Shown: positions 48,694 to 57,449 of the stretch, piece after piece
Layout: each line of letters begins with the position of its first letter
Numbering within the stretch: position 1 is the first letter of the stretch
Virus record (IMG/VR): IMGVR_UViG_3300021400_003144
From: a virus
Lineage: Duplodnaviria > Caudoviricetes
Direction: 5' to 3' (one strand)
DNA: 64,000 nucleotides
Made by a program: the position numbers and the translations under genes
Notes under the pieces: model-generated
What the model saw: the letters and a program-made list of their open reading frames with translations, nothing else
The model's database searches: none
Told to the model about the DNA's origin: nothing

Positions 48694-48725
48694 ATATTTA
48701 AGTTAAATAAATAAGGGGAGCTGAT

Positions 48726-48917
48726 ATGATAAAGATAATGTTTCATGGAAAGGATAATAAGGCATATAGACATATATGTAAGTCATGTGAATGTGACTTC
48801 TTATATAATAAGTGTGACCTTGAGGATGATAGGTGTGGCTATAGTTATATAAAGTGTCCAGAGTGTGGACATCGTGACTATAACATTGACAATGATAAAG
48901 GAAGTTGTATGCACTAA
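48726..48917 (+). CDS. small Zn-ribbon protein
   Basis: CKSC...CPEC. Confidence 0.7.
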   Translation: MIKIMFHGKDNKAYRHICKSCECDFLYNKCDLEDDRCGYSYIKCPECGHRDYNIDNDKGSCMH

Positions 48918-48958
48918 AGAGTTAATATAGATATGATAAATAAAATGGAGGAACTGTA

Positions 48959-49441
48959 ATGAAGAAGTTTTTGTTAGGAAGTTTATTAGGATACGTTGTT
49001 GGAACAGTAGCAGGTATCATTGTATATGATAAGTCTCTTAAAGAGGACCTTAATGATGGTAAGTGTTCATGTGTAAAGAATGCTAAGTCAGATGGATGTA
49101 CACATAGTTGCGGAAATGACCCAGACTTTGTACAGGAAGATTATTCCTTAGATACATATAAGAGATTTGAGAGTCAGATGGGTCTTTATCCTGGAGCTAA
49201 GATTAAGCATTTCAAGCGTGACCTTTTTCCTTATAAGGATGATGATAAGAAATATCTTTACATTTATGATGGACTTGCAGTCTCTACAGAAGATGGTGAG
49301 ACTAAGCTTTGTATCTACCATGAGGATAAGGACTTTGGTAAGACTTGGGTAAGACCAGCTCTTGAGTTCTTTGGGGATGTAGATGAAAAGAAGTATCCAG
49401 AGCTTAAAGGCAAGAAGAGGTTTGAGGTTGTAAGAGCATAA
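48959..49441 (+). CDS. DUF1653-like protein with N-terminal TM helix
   Basis: KHFKRD, AVSTEDGE...IY, WVRP..EFF..VD..KYP, RFE. Confidence 0.8.
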   Translation: MKKFLLGSLLGYVVGTVAGIIVYDKSLKEDLNDGKCSCVKNAKSDGCTHSCGNDPDFVQEDYSLDTYKRFESQMGLYPGAKIKHFKRDLFPYKDDDKKYLYIYDGLAVSTEDGETKLCIYHEDKDFGKTWVRPALEFFGDVDEKKYPELKGKKRFEVVRA

Positions 49442-49543
49442 TAATACTGAGAATGTTATTTAAGGTCTGTGTATAATTAGTGAAAGTTCTATGGAAGTGT
49501 AATCTATACAGTAGAGAAAGAGAATGAAAGCAATTAGTTTGAT

Positions 49544-49984
49544 ATGGAAGGACATAGCATAGGATACTATTTAGAGTTGAAAGAGATTGAGTATAGAAAA
49601 TATCCAGAGTATAATACAAGAGTTCCTTGTGCTTGTATAGTTCGTACAGCTAATATATGTTATGAAGGCAATGTTATAGGTACAGTATCTGAGGAAAAGA
49701 ACGATGCTGATGAATTTGACTGGGCAATTAAGATAGATTGGGATGCTTGGGAAAAAGCTGGTAGACCACCTATAAGTGGAATAGATACAAGTACTAGAAA
49801 AGAAGAGTATATAACACAATATGATAATGATTTTATAGCTGAAAGAACTGTAGATGGAGATCATTATAAAATACAAGATAAACTTGAAGCTGTTGGGTTA
49901 AAGTGGAATGATAAGTTTGAATACATGTGTAGGACACATGGTTTATGTGAATCAAGTAAATTAACAATAGAGAGGCAGACATGA
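49544..49984 (+). CDS. HipA N-terminal (coupling/HipS-like) domain protein
   Basis: FIAERTV...IQDKLEAVGLKWNDKFEYMCRTHG resembles the N-terminal subdomain of 1841..2926. Confidence 0.5.
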   Translation: MEGHSIGYYLELKEIEYRKYPEYNTRVPCACIVRTANICYEGNVIGTVSEEKNDADEFDWAIKIDWDAWEKAGRPPISGIDTSTRKEEYITQYDNDFIAERTVDGDHYKIQDKLEAVGLKWNDKFEYMCRTHGLCESSKLTIERQT

Positions 49985-50022
49985 CAAATTTAGAAGCATA
50001 TGAAAGATACAATAGTATCTAA
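49981..50022 (+). pseudogene. truncated 5' copy of the 50401 gene
   Basis: MTNLEAYERYNSI* vs MTNIEAYERY; TAGAAGCATATGAAAGATA shared. Confidence 0.6.
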
Positions 50023-50041
50023 ATGAATTGAGGTGTAATAA

Positions 50042-50215
50042 TTGGGTACTTCAGAGAGAAAGTGTGATACTTGTAGGTTTAGGGGAATAGACAGGTTTGG
50101 TGATTTCTGTGACAATCCTAGAAATGAAAGAGAATATGGATTGAGGTCTGTATATGGTTGGTGTGAGTTCTATGATAAAAATACTAAGGCTAAGACTAAA
50201 AATACTAAAGGCTAG
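50042..50215 (+). CDS. small Cys-rich protein (57 aa), not in ORF track
   Basis: GAGGTG RBS, TTG start; CDTC...C...C. Confidence 0.6.
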   Translation: MGTSERKCDTCRFRGIDRFGDFCDNPRNEREYGLRSVYGWCEFYDKNTKAKTKNTKG

Positions 50216-50280
50216 TAGGGTTAAGCAATAAGCGTTAAGCGATAATAGGGATCATTTAAAATAAAATATGAAATTAAGTT

Positions 50281-50315
50281 AAAGGGTCATTATAGTTAAA
50301 TATAATGACCCTTTT
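50281..50315 (+). terminator. intrinsic terminator
   Basis: AAAGGGTCATTATA/TATAATGACCCTTT. Confidence 0.8.
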
Positions 50316-50400
50316 ATTATGTGCTTTGGTAATATTAAAGGACATACAAATAATAGGGTGTATAAATGAATTTGTTTAATTTTATGGGGGTGGGCATGGT

Positions 50401-50778
50401 ATGACTAACATAGAAGCATATGAAAGATATGCAGGGCTAAGATATGCCATTGAAAGTTTAGCATCATATCTTTTAATTGAGGTAGAAGATACTATTAGAA
50501 AACTGGGTGTTGGATATAGCAGAGAAAATCCAGTAGGAATTGTTAAGAAGTACTATAAGAGTCATAGTATAGACAGCATAGATAATGGAAGTGGCAAAGA
50601 TGGGTTGATAGAGATTGTAAATATTTATATAAATGCTGTTAAGACTAAGTCAGATATAAACATAAATGTATCTGAGTATGTGGATAAGTGGCTCAATGAA
50701 GAAACTTATTTTGACACTGACTATGCAGAAAAAGCTCTTGCTGATAAGGATAGTCAGGGAAATTATGTTGATGTATAA
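50401..50778 (+). CDS. hypothetical protein
   Basis: 125 aa. Confidence 0.7.
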   Translation: MTNIEAYERYAGLRYAIESLASYLLIEVEDTIRKLGVGYSRENPVGIVKKYYKSHSIDSIDNGSGKDGLIEIVNIYINAVKTKSDININVSEYVDKWLNEETYFDTDYAEKALADKDSQGNYVDV

Positions 50779-50789
50779 AGAGGTACAGT

Positions 50790-51176
50790 ATGACTAAAGA
50801 AGAGATTATAAAGAGTTTAACAGAAGAGGCTAATTATTTTGAAAGATTAGCAAATGGTTTATTTTATAAAAATGAAAATAATCCTAAATGGGTTGAGTTC
50901 ACAACTAAAGTAAATAGAGATAGAGACATTGTAAGACTACTTGAAAACAGTGTCGAAAGAGAAGAAGCTAGCTGGGTTTATAATAAGGATGGAGTTGATT
51001 GGGGTATACCTTCTTGGGATTGTAGTAAGTGCAAGTGTAAAAATGATATGATACCTGCATTAGTAAGACAGCATAATGGTAAAGCTAGTGTAGTCACTAA
51101 TCCATTTGCATGGGCTGGAAGTAAGTTCTGTCCTAACTGTGGAGCTGTAATGAAAGGTGTTATAAGAGCAGATTAA
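50790..51176 (+). CDS. phage-type Zn-finger protein
   Basis: CSKC...FCPNCGAVM. Confidence 0.75.
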   Translation: MTKEEIIKSLTEEANYFERLANGLFYKNENNPKWVEFTTKVNRDRDIVRLLENSVEREEASWVYNKDGVDWGIPSWDCSKCKCKNDMIPALVRQHNGKASVVTNPFAWAGSKFCPNCGAVMKGVIRAD

Positions 51177-51185
51177 GATGCATGG

Positions 51186-51554
51186 GTGTTAAAAATGAGT
51201 GAATGTGATAAAGTATTTTATAAATGTTCTATTGCCATGGGTGTAGCTGTAGTATTAATGACTGCTATAGCATTTATTTTTATTAATCATATGAGGGATG
51301 AGCTTACACAGATGAATGTTAAGCAAGAGGCTTTTTATGATGAAGTTGACAATAAAATTGACAATGGATACAAAGTATTTATTGATGGGTCAGAAATTGA
51401 TGGTGACAGCATAGATGTTAGACTGTATGAAGTTAAATGTTCTGATGAAAAGAAGTCAGTATATCTTACAAAGAAGCGTGATATTACTTATAATGTCAAC
51501 AATAATAGAAGATATAATGCAGTAATACCTTATGGGGGTATGTTTATATATTGA
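51186..51554 (+). CDS. membrane protein
   Basis: Single N-terminal TM helix. Confidence 0.7.
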   Translation: MLKMSECDKVFYKCSIAMGVAVVLMTAIAFIFINHMRDELTQMNVKQEAFYDEVDNKIDNGYKVFIDGSEIDGDSIDVRLYEVKCSDEKKSVYLTKKRDITYNVNNNRRYNAVIPYGGMFIY

Positions 51555-51574
51555 GATTGTGGAGCATATAAGAG

Positions 51575-52267
51575 ATGAAAATATCAGATAAGATAAAAGG
51601 TGAGATTATTGATTGGATAGAAGTCATTATAATTTCAGCTATAATAGTCTTTATATCAAATAACTACGTTATAGCTAATCAAATAGTACCTACAGGTTCT
51701 ATGGAAAGCACTATTATGGCAGGGAGTAAAGTAGTAGGTTCCAGGTTAACATATAAGTTAGGAGATGTAGATAGGGGAGATGTAGTACAGTTTGTATATG
51801 GATATACATGTAAGAATGATGGTGAGATATATAGAGAAAATGATGAACATGCTTGTCCTATTTGTGGTAGAGCAGATAAAGATAATACAGAAGTGTATTA
51901 TTTAAAGAGAGTCATAGGATTACCTGGTGACCATGTAGAGATTAAGCAGACTGGAACATGTAAATCTTCTGAAATTAAGAGTATACATATAAAAGATGGA
52001 ATTGATGTTCCAGTTGGAACACTGTACATTAATGGACAAGCTATAGAGGAAATGTATTTAACTGAACCAATGATAGTAGATGGTTATAAATATCCAGAGA
52101 TAGACATAGTTGTTCCTGAAGGACACTATTATATGTTAGGAGATAACAGAAATAATTCATTTGATGCAAGATATTGGGGTAAATACAATATGGTTTCAAA
52201 AGATAAGCTTGTATCTAAGATTGTGTTTAAATACTGGCCTCTAAATAATGTAGGTTTGGTTCATTAA
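51575..52267 (+). CDS. lepB: signal peptidase I
   Basis: TM anchor, VPTGSMESTI (catalytic Ser), YLKRVIGLPGD (catalytic Lys), MLGDNRNNSFDARYWG. Confidence 0.92.
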   Translation: MKISDKIKGEIIDWIEVIIISAIIVFISNNYVIANQIVPTGSMESTIMAGSKVVGSRLTYKLGDVDRGDVVQFVYGYTCKNDGEIYRENDEHACPICGRADKDNTEVYYLKRVIGLPGDHVEIKQTGTCKSSEIKSIHIKDGIDVPVGTLYINGQAIEEMYLTEPMIVDGYKYPEIDIVVPEGHYYMLGDNRNNSFDARYWGKYNMVSKDKLVSKIVFKYWPLNNVGLVH

Positions 52268-52298
52268 ATAAATTTTAAAGAAAGGTAGAAGAATATGT

Positions 52299-52838
52299 AT
52301 GGTACATTTAGGGAAAGATAAGAAACTTGTTAGGGATAACTTGTATGCAAGAGATACAATGTCTAAAATCTATTATGATAAGGTTGCCGACATTGCAAGG
52401 GAAAGAGAAAGACTTGAAAAAGAAAAGGAGAGGCTTGAGGGGGAGAAAGAAAGACTTAATAAAGAAAAGATTGAAGCAGATAAAACTGAAGAACCTAAGT
52501 CAAATACAGTAAGTGATAGTACTGATGGGCGTGTAGGTTCTGATGTTGCAGCTAGTCTTTATATGATAGCTGCAATTATAGTAATGATAGTAGTGGTATT
52601 TGAAGTTGGCAATAGTTTGATGAGATCAGGTATTGATAGAGTAGAAAAAACGTTAAATGAAAGCATAAGCAGTGAATATGAGGAAGAAACAGAGAGTAAT
52701 GAGAGTGTAGTTGAAGAGGAGACAGAAAGTGCTGAAGAAGTGGCAGAAAGGGCTGAAGAAGAAACAGAGAATACAGAGAGTATATCTGATAAACAAGCAC
52801 GGAGTGCAGAGATAGATATATGGGATTTTTTAGTATAA
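52299..52838 (+). CDS. coiled-coil membrane protein with acidic tail
   Basis: EKERL heptads, TM helix, Glu-rich C-terminus. Confidence 0.7.
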   Translation: MVHLGKDKKLVRDNLYARDTMSKIYYDKVADIARERERLEKEKERLEGEKERLNKEKIEADKTEEPKSNTVSDSTDGRVGSDVAASLYMIAAIIVMIVVVFEVGNSLMRSGIDRVEKTLNESISSEYEEETESNESVVEEETESAEEVAERAEEETENTESISDKQARSAEIDIWDFLV

Positions 52839-52845
52839 CAATATA

Positions 52846-52977
52846 ATGATAGTGAAGATACTGATAATAATAGTTATAATCATAATAAGTATAATTGCTA
52901 TTCTATTTATAATAGGGTTTATACTAGGTATGATTGAAGAGTTTAAGAATAAGGGTGAGGATAATAAAGATAATTAA
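52846..52977 (+). CDS. small membrane peptide (43 aa), not in ORF track
   Basis: MIVKILIIIVIIIISIIAILFIIGFILGMIEEFKNK...; ends at a terminator; no clear RBS. Confidence 0.45.
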   Translation: MIVKILIIIVIIIISIIAILFIIGFILGMIEEFKNKGEDNKDN

Positions 52978-53019
52978 TTAGGAGCATGTGATGAATAAGT
53001 CATATGCTCCTAATTTTTT
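52976..53019 (+). terminator. intrinsic terminator
   Basis: AATTAGGAGCATGTGA/TCATATGCTCCTAATT then T tract. Confidence 0.8.
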
Positions 53020-53460
53020 GTTGTATGGACTTATTAAATAAAAAAGGTTAGACAGAGTGCTAAAATTTGGTGTACTGTAGGTATAATTTTAGCTAATTTT
53101 AAAAATAAAAATTTTTATGATAAAGTGAAGGTAAGGTATATAAAATTTAAAATCTAAAAATTTTTATGATAAGCAGTTAAGTTTTTTAAAGGTAAGCACT
53201 GAGTAAAAATTTTGGAGCAGTGAGTGCTAAAAATTGGGTTAAAAATTATTGAGTAAAAATGGGATAAAATTTAGATTGTGTAAAATATAAATAGAGATAG
53301 TTAAATAAATTTAATTAAAATATTTTAAATATTTATTAATGTAGGATATGAGAAATAAGGTACATGGTGAGGTTATATAAAGTTATATGATAAGACAGTA
53401 GATAGTAATAGTAGTGTAAATATAAATTTTCAAAGTAGTTTAAATATTTTAGGAGATATA
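53020..53460. repeat. non-coding region homologous to 22830-23240, with internal direct repeats
   Basis: TAAAAATTTTTATGATAA at 53106-53123 and 53155-53172; GAGTGCTAAAA twice; several AAAAATT(T)GG motifs. Confidence 0.7.
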
Positions 53461-53462
53461 CT

Positions 53463-53876
53463 ATGGATAATAAAATTAGTTACGAGTATAAAGCTGTAGG
53501 AAGGCTGTTTAGAGGTAAAAGACCAGTAGGTTTTAGATTAAAAAAGCTAAATGGTGGTCTAGTAGACTTCAATAGAGAAGCTACAGCAGCTTTATTAGGT
53601 TATAAGAAGCTGGATGGTTTAAAGGCAAGCAGTAAGATTGGTAAGACTTTTGCAGATGCTCAATTTGCATTTCTTGGAGCAACAGATTTACCTTCTATAC
53701 AGATAGAAGATACAAACAAGCTAAAGACTGTTGCTGATGTAAAGAAAGAGGCTGTTAAGAAAGAACCTGCTAAGACAGCATCTGCTAGCAATGTAAAGGT
53801 GGTTTCAAATTTAATACCTTCACCTGAATTTTTAGGCAAGTCTGTTGGTTTTGTTGGTAACATTGACATTGATTAA
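53463..53876 (+). CDS. hypothetical protein
   Basis: AGGAG RBS. Confidence 0.75.
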   Translation: MDNKISYEYKAVGRLFRGKRPVGFRLKKLNGGLVDFNREATAALLGYKKLDGLKASSKIGKTFADAQFAFLGATDLPSIQIEDTNKLKTVADVKKEAVKKEPAKTASASNVKVVSNLIPSPEFLGKSVGFVGNIDID

Positions 53877-53887
53877 GGAGAACAAAG

Positions 53888-54079
53888 ATGATTGTAAAGT
53901 TTAAGGATACAATAAGTATATCTGGTCTTGGTAAGTTATTCCTTATGAGTCAGAAAGGTGGCAGAGCAATGTACTGTGATAGCTCTGATAGAGAATACGA
54001 GTTGACATTAGATGATAAACAGAACTTAAAGTTCAGGAGAATTGACAATAGAAGTAGATTAGCTGTTGGCAGTATTTAA
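53888..54079 (+). CDS. hypothetical protein
   Basis: AAGGAG RBS. Confidence 0.7.
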   Translation: MIVKFKDTISISGLGKLFLMSQKGGRAMYCDSSDREYELTLDDKQNLKFRRIDNRSRLAVGSI

Positions 54080-54090
54080 ATAATTTAGAG

Positions 54091-55224
54091 GTGCATATAA
54101 TGGGTAGCAAAAAGTCAGTATATAGAATAAATAAACTTTATATGGATAGTTTAAATCCTAGAGTTGGTTTTATAGGTGCTAGTGTAAGTAGGTTTAATAA
54201 GAGTGGTGCAATTGATAAAGAAGGTTTCATCACAACTGAGCAGATTGATTATTATATAGCTCAGGATAAGGTTGTAGCACCTAATGGAGCTAAGATTGGT
54301 GGTACATTAAGAGCACATGGAAAGCTTGTAGGGTTTGATGTTACACTAAGCAATTATAATATAGACATCTATGATGGTAGTGGAATCATAACTGGTAAAT
54401 TAAGCAATGACCTTATCAAAAAGCTAAGTGATAAGGGTAAGGCTCTTACTAATAAAAATACACCATTAAGAGTAAAGCTTAATTACTCAGGAGTTGGATT
54501 AGAGAACAAGGGAATTAAGAAGAGTGCAGAGCAGAGTTACTCAGAGACTCTTGATAATGAAACAATAGCTGAGTTACTTATTGAGGGTATGTTTATTACT
54601 CAGGGTAATGTACTAACAGGACTTGTTCCTCATGCAAAGGCTAGAGAAATATACATTAAGAAGATTAATGAGCGTAAGGGAAAAGTTAGTACAACTACAT
54701 ATAATAGAGTCTATGGTATGCTTAAGAGAGGAGGTCTTTTTGATGATAACCTTGATGAGCGTATCAAAAAGAATAATGAGGCTAAGGCTGTTCAAAAGCA
54801 GAAAGAAGCTCCAAGAGTTACAGGTAAGCCAGTTAATAGCATAGCTAAACCTGTTGCTAATGAAGTAAATGCACAGTGGGTTGTGACTGATGTTTATGCT
54901 AGAATAAATGTAAAGAATAATAAAGAGTATAATGCTATATATGATATTAAGAACCTTATGGATGGTACGGTTAAGCGTATAGATGGTAAGGATAGACTGT
55001 ATAGACTTGCACGTAGCGGAACTAAAATCATAAATGTTAATGTATTACCAAGACCTGTAAAGGATAAGGCTGGTAATAAGATAGGTATGGACTATCAGGT
55101 TACTACAGTACCTCAGTATCGTGGTAAATATCCAATCAGGTCACATAATGCAGCTGAGACTGTTAGATTAGGATTAGGTACAAAGCATACAGAGAAGATT
55201 CTTGAGAAGAGAAGCAAGAAGTAA
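54091..55224 (+). CDS. hypothetical basic protein
   Basis: 377 aa; start probably 54100 after GAGG. Confidence 0.8.
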   Translation: MHIMGSKKSVYRINKLYMDSLNPRVGFIGASVSRFNKSGAIDKEGFITTEQIDYYIAQDKVVAPNGAKIGGTLRAHGKLVGFDVTLSNYNIDIYDGSGIITGKLSNDLIKKLSDKGKALTNKNTPLRVKLNYSGVGLENKGIKKSAEQSYSETLDNETIAELLIEGMFITQGNVLTGLVPHAKAREIYIKKINERKGKVSTTTYNRVYGMLKRGGLFDDNLDERIKKNNEAKAVQKQKEAPRVTGKPVNSIAKPVANEVNAQWVVTDVYARINVKNNKEYNAIYDIKNLMDGTVKRIDGKDRLYRLARSGTKIINVNVLPRPVKDKAGNKIGMDYQVTTVPQYRGKYPIRSHNAAETVRLGLGTKHTEKILEKRSKK

Positions 55225-55250
55225 AGAGTTAGACATAAGATATATAATGG

Positions 55251-55285
55251 AATAGAAGTTCACTGAGAAGTGGGCTTCTATTTTT
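55251..55285 (+). terminator. intrinsic terminator
   Basis: AATAGAAGTTCACT-GAGA-AGTGGGCTTCTATT. Confidence 0.8.
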
Positions 55286-55350
55286 ATTTATAGACATTAA
55301 AATAGTTATGGGTATATAAATGAATTATTTTTGATAGCTAGGAGATTGAC

Positions 55351-55992
55351 ATGTTAAGAATAGAAAATACATCAGTTTCAAATTTTGAGCCAGCAATTCG
55401 TGGAGCTAGAAATCCTATGAACAGTTGGGATAGAAGCGATAGTCATTATGATGGAGAAGTGTTTAAGTTTGGGCCTAATGATTTAGACCTTGCAATTAGA
55501 TTGAGAAAAGCAGGATCAGACCATAGAAAGTATCTTAGAATGATTACTGTTTGTTGTGACGTGACAGCTCCACTTTACTGGTGGAAAGAATATGATACAT
55601 ATAAGGTTGCAACTGTAGCTAACAGTACTTCTACAATGCATAAGATACATAGCAAGACTATTGAAATGAGTGACTTCTCAACAGACCATCTTACAGAAGA
55701 TGCAAGGCAGATTATGGAAAAGTATGTAGCTGAGATTGAAAAGATTAGACTCAGATATATGAAGAATGGTAAGAATAAGGAAGATTGGTATGACCTCATT
55801 CAGATGTTGCCATCTTCCTATAATCAGACTAGAACAATAATGTTGAATTATGAGACATTAATAAACATATATTTTGCAAGAAAAGACCATAAACTTGCTG
55901 AGTGGCATACATTTTGTGATTGGATTAAGCTACTTCCTTATAGCAAAGAGCTTATTATTGCAGGTGAGGATGCTGAAGAGGGAATAGATTAA
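55351..55992 (+). CDS. ThyX-like (FAD-dependent thymidylate synthase-related) protein
   Basis: DHRKYLR, TAPLYWWKEYDTY, NSTSTMH, LPSSYNQTR, RKDHKLAEW. Confidence 0.7.
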   Translation: MLRIENTSVSNFEPAIRGARNPMNSWDRSDSHYDGEVFKFGPNDLDLAIRLRKAGSDHRKYLRMITVCCDVTAPLYWWKEYDTYKVATVANSTSTMHKIHSKTIEMSDFSTDHLTEDARQIMEKYVAEIEKIRLRYMKNGKNKEDWYDLIQMLPSSYNQTRTIMLNYETLINIYFARKDHKLAEWHTFCDWIKLLPYSKELIIAGEDAEEGID

Positions 55993-56042
55993 ACTAATAA
56001 ATTGGAATAGACTAGGAATAAATTAGGGAATAAACGGATATA

Positions 56043-57449
56043 TTGGAGGACATTGTTTTGAGTATAGACAAATTAAGACTTACACCTATTGATATTAATG
56101 ACTGTGTAAAAGATAAGTTAATCAAGTATGAAAATGGAGCATATTCAGACCCTTATGATGTAGAGTCTTTGATTAAAGATAAGAGTAGAGTTAAGAGTAA
56201 TGGAGAAGTATTTACACCAGCTCATATAGTTTCTGATATGCTTGATATGACAGATAAAGCTATCTTTGAGATTGAGGGTAATGATGATTGGAATTTCTAT
56301 GAGTTTGTAGATAGTTGTGCAGATGCTAATAAGCTTAGAAAGTATATCTACAAAACATATCTTGAGCCTTCTTGTGGTAATGGTAACTTCTTGGTTCAGG
56401 TACTTGAAAGAAAGATTGTTGCATCTATAAAGGTGTTTAGACTTACTAATGATAAGGAAGAGTTTATTCTTAATACATACAGGTGTTTTACAACTATATA
56501 CGGTGTTGATATTAAGGGTGACAATATTATAGAGAGTAAGAACAGAATGTATATAAGATATCTTAATACATTGAATAAGTATAACCTTGTATTAAGTGAT
56601 AAGCATTCTGAAGAAGTAAAGCAGCTTGCATATTTTATTATGGACAGAAATATTCAGCTTGGTGATACATTGAAATGGTCTTATGTACAGGATGGAAATG
56701 CACCAATGTTTGAAGCTGAGGTTCTTAGATCATATAAGGAAAAGCCTAAGGAAGAAAAGGGAAGTATTGATGATGCAAGCATGTCTGATGGTGTAACAGT
56801 CAGTACTAAAGTAAAAGATGGTTCAGATGAAAATGTGACTAAGCTTGTCAAGTGGCTTAGAAATCCAGATGGCGAGAAACCAAAGTACAATGATAAAGAC
56901 AAATATCCAATGCTTATAACAGAGTGGATTTTTAATGCTGATAGACTTAGCAGAAGAACCTTTGAGGGTACAGAACTTGCAAAGGAAGAGTCAGACCAGA
57001 TTATTTTCCATGACATTACAGATAGAGTACAAATCAGATATAACAACATATTATCTGATGTTAATACAGCTAGAATATCTGAGGGTGAGAGTGTTGATTT
57101 GAGTACTGAGATTGGAAAAGCTTCAGAAGAATATGTTGAGCCAGATAACATTGAGAGTGAGACATCTGATGATATAGAGGATGACTCAGATGATGAGAGT
57201 AATGGTTTAAATGAAAACATTAATACTAAGAGTGAAAATACAGGAGTTGAAGGACAAATGAATCCTCCAGCATATAATAGTGCTGAGGCTATTGCACAGG
57301 CAGCTTCTGAGGACTCAGGTAACTTATCAAAGAAAGTTAAAGCTAAGAATGAGGCTAAAGAAACAAAGGAAAGTGGTAAAAAGACTACTGCTAAGAATAT
57401 TAAGGGTGTAACTCAGATGCCTAAAGGTGGTCAAATGTCATTGTTATGA
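56043..57449 (+). CDS. N6-adenine methyltransferase-like protein (SAM-binding half) with disordered C-terminus
   Basis: RVKSNGEVFTP, LEPSCGNGNFL, IYGVDI, NIQLGDTL; no canonical NPPY after these motifs. Confidence 0.75.
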   Translation: MEDIVLSIDKLRLTPIDINDCVKDKLIKYENGAYSDPYDVESLIKDKSRVKSNGEVFTPAHIVSDMLDMTDKAIFEIEGNDDWNFYEFVDSCADANKLRKYIYKTYLEPSCGNGNFLVQVLERKIVASIKVFRLTNDKEEFILNTYRCFTTIYGVDIKGDNIIESKNRMYIRYLNTLNKYNLVLSDKHSEEVKQLAYFIMDRNIQLGDTLKWSYVQDGNAPMFEAEVLRSYKEKPKEEKGSIDDASMSDGVTVSTKVKDGSDENVTKLVKWLRNPDGEKPKYNDKDKYPMLITEWIFNADRLSRRTFEGTELAKEESDQIIFHDITDRVQIRYNNILSDVNTARISEGESVDLSTEIGKASEEYVEPDNIESETSDDIEDDSDDESNGLNENINTKSENTGVEGQMNPPAYNSAEAIAQAASEDSGNLSKKVKAKNEAKETKESGKKTTAKNIKGVTQMPKGGQMSLL

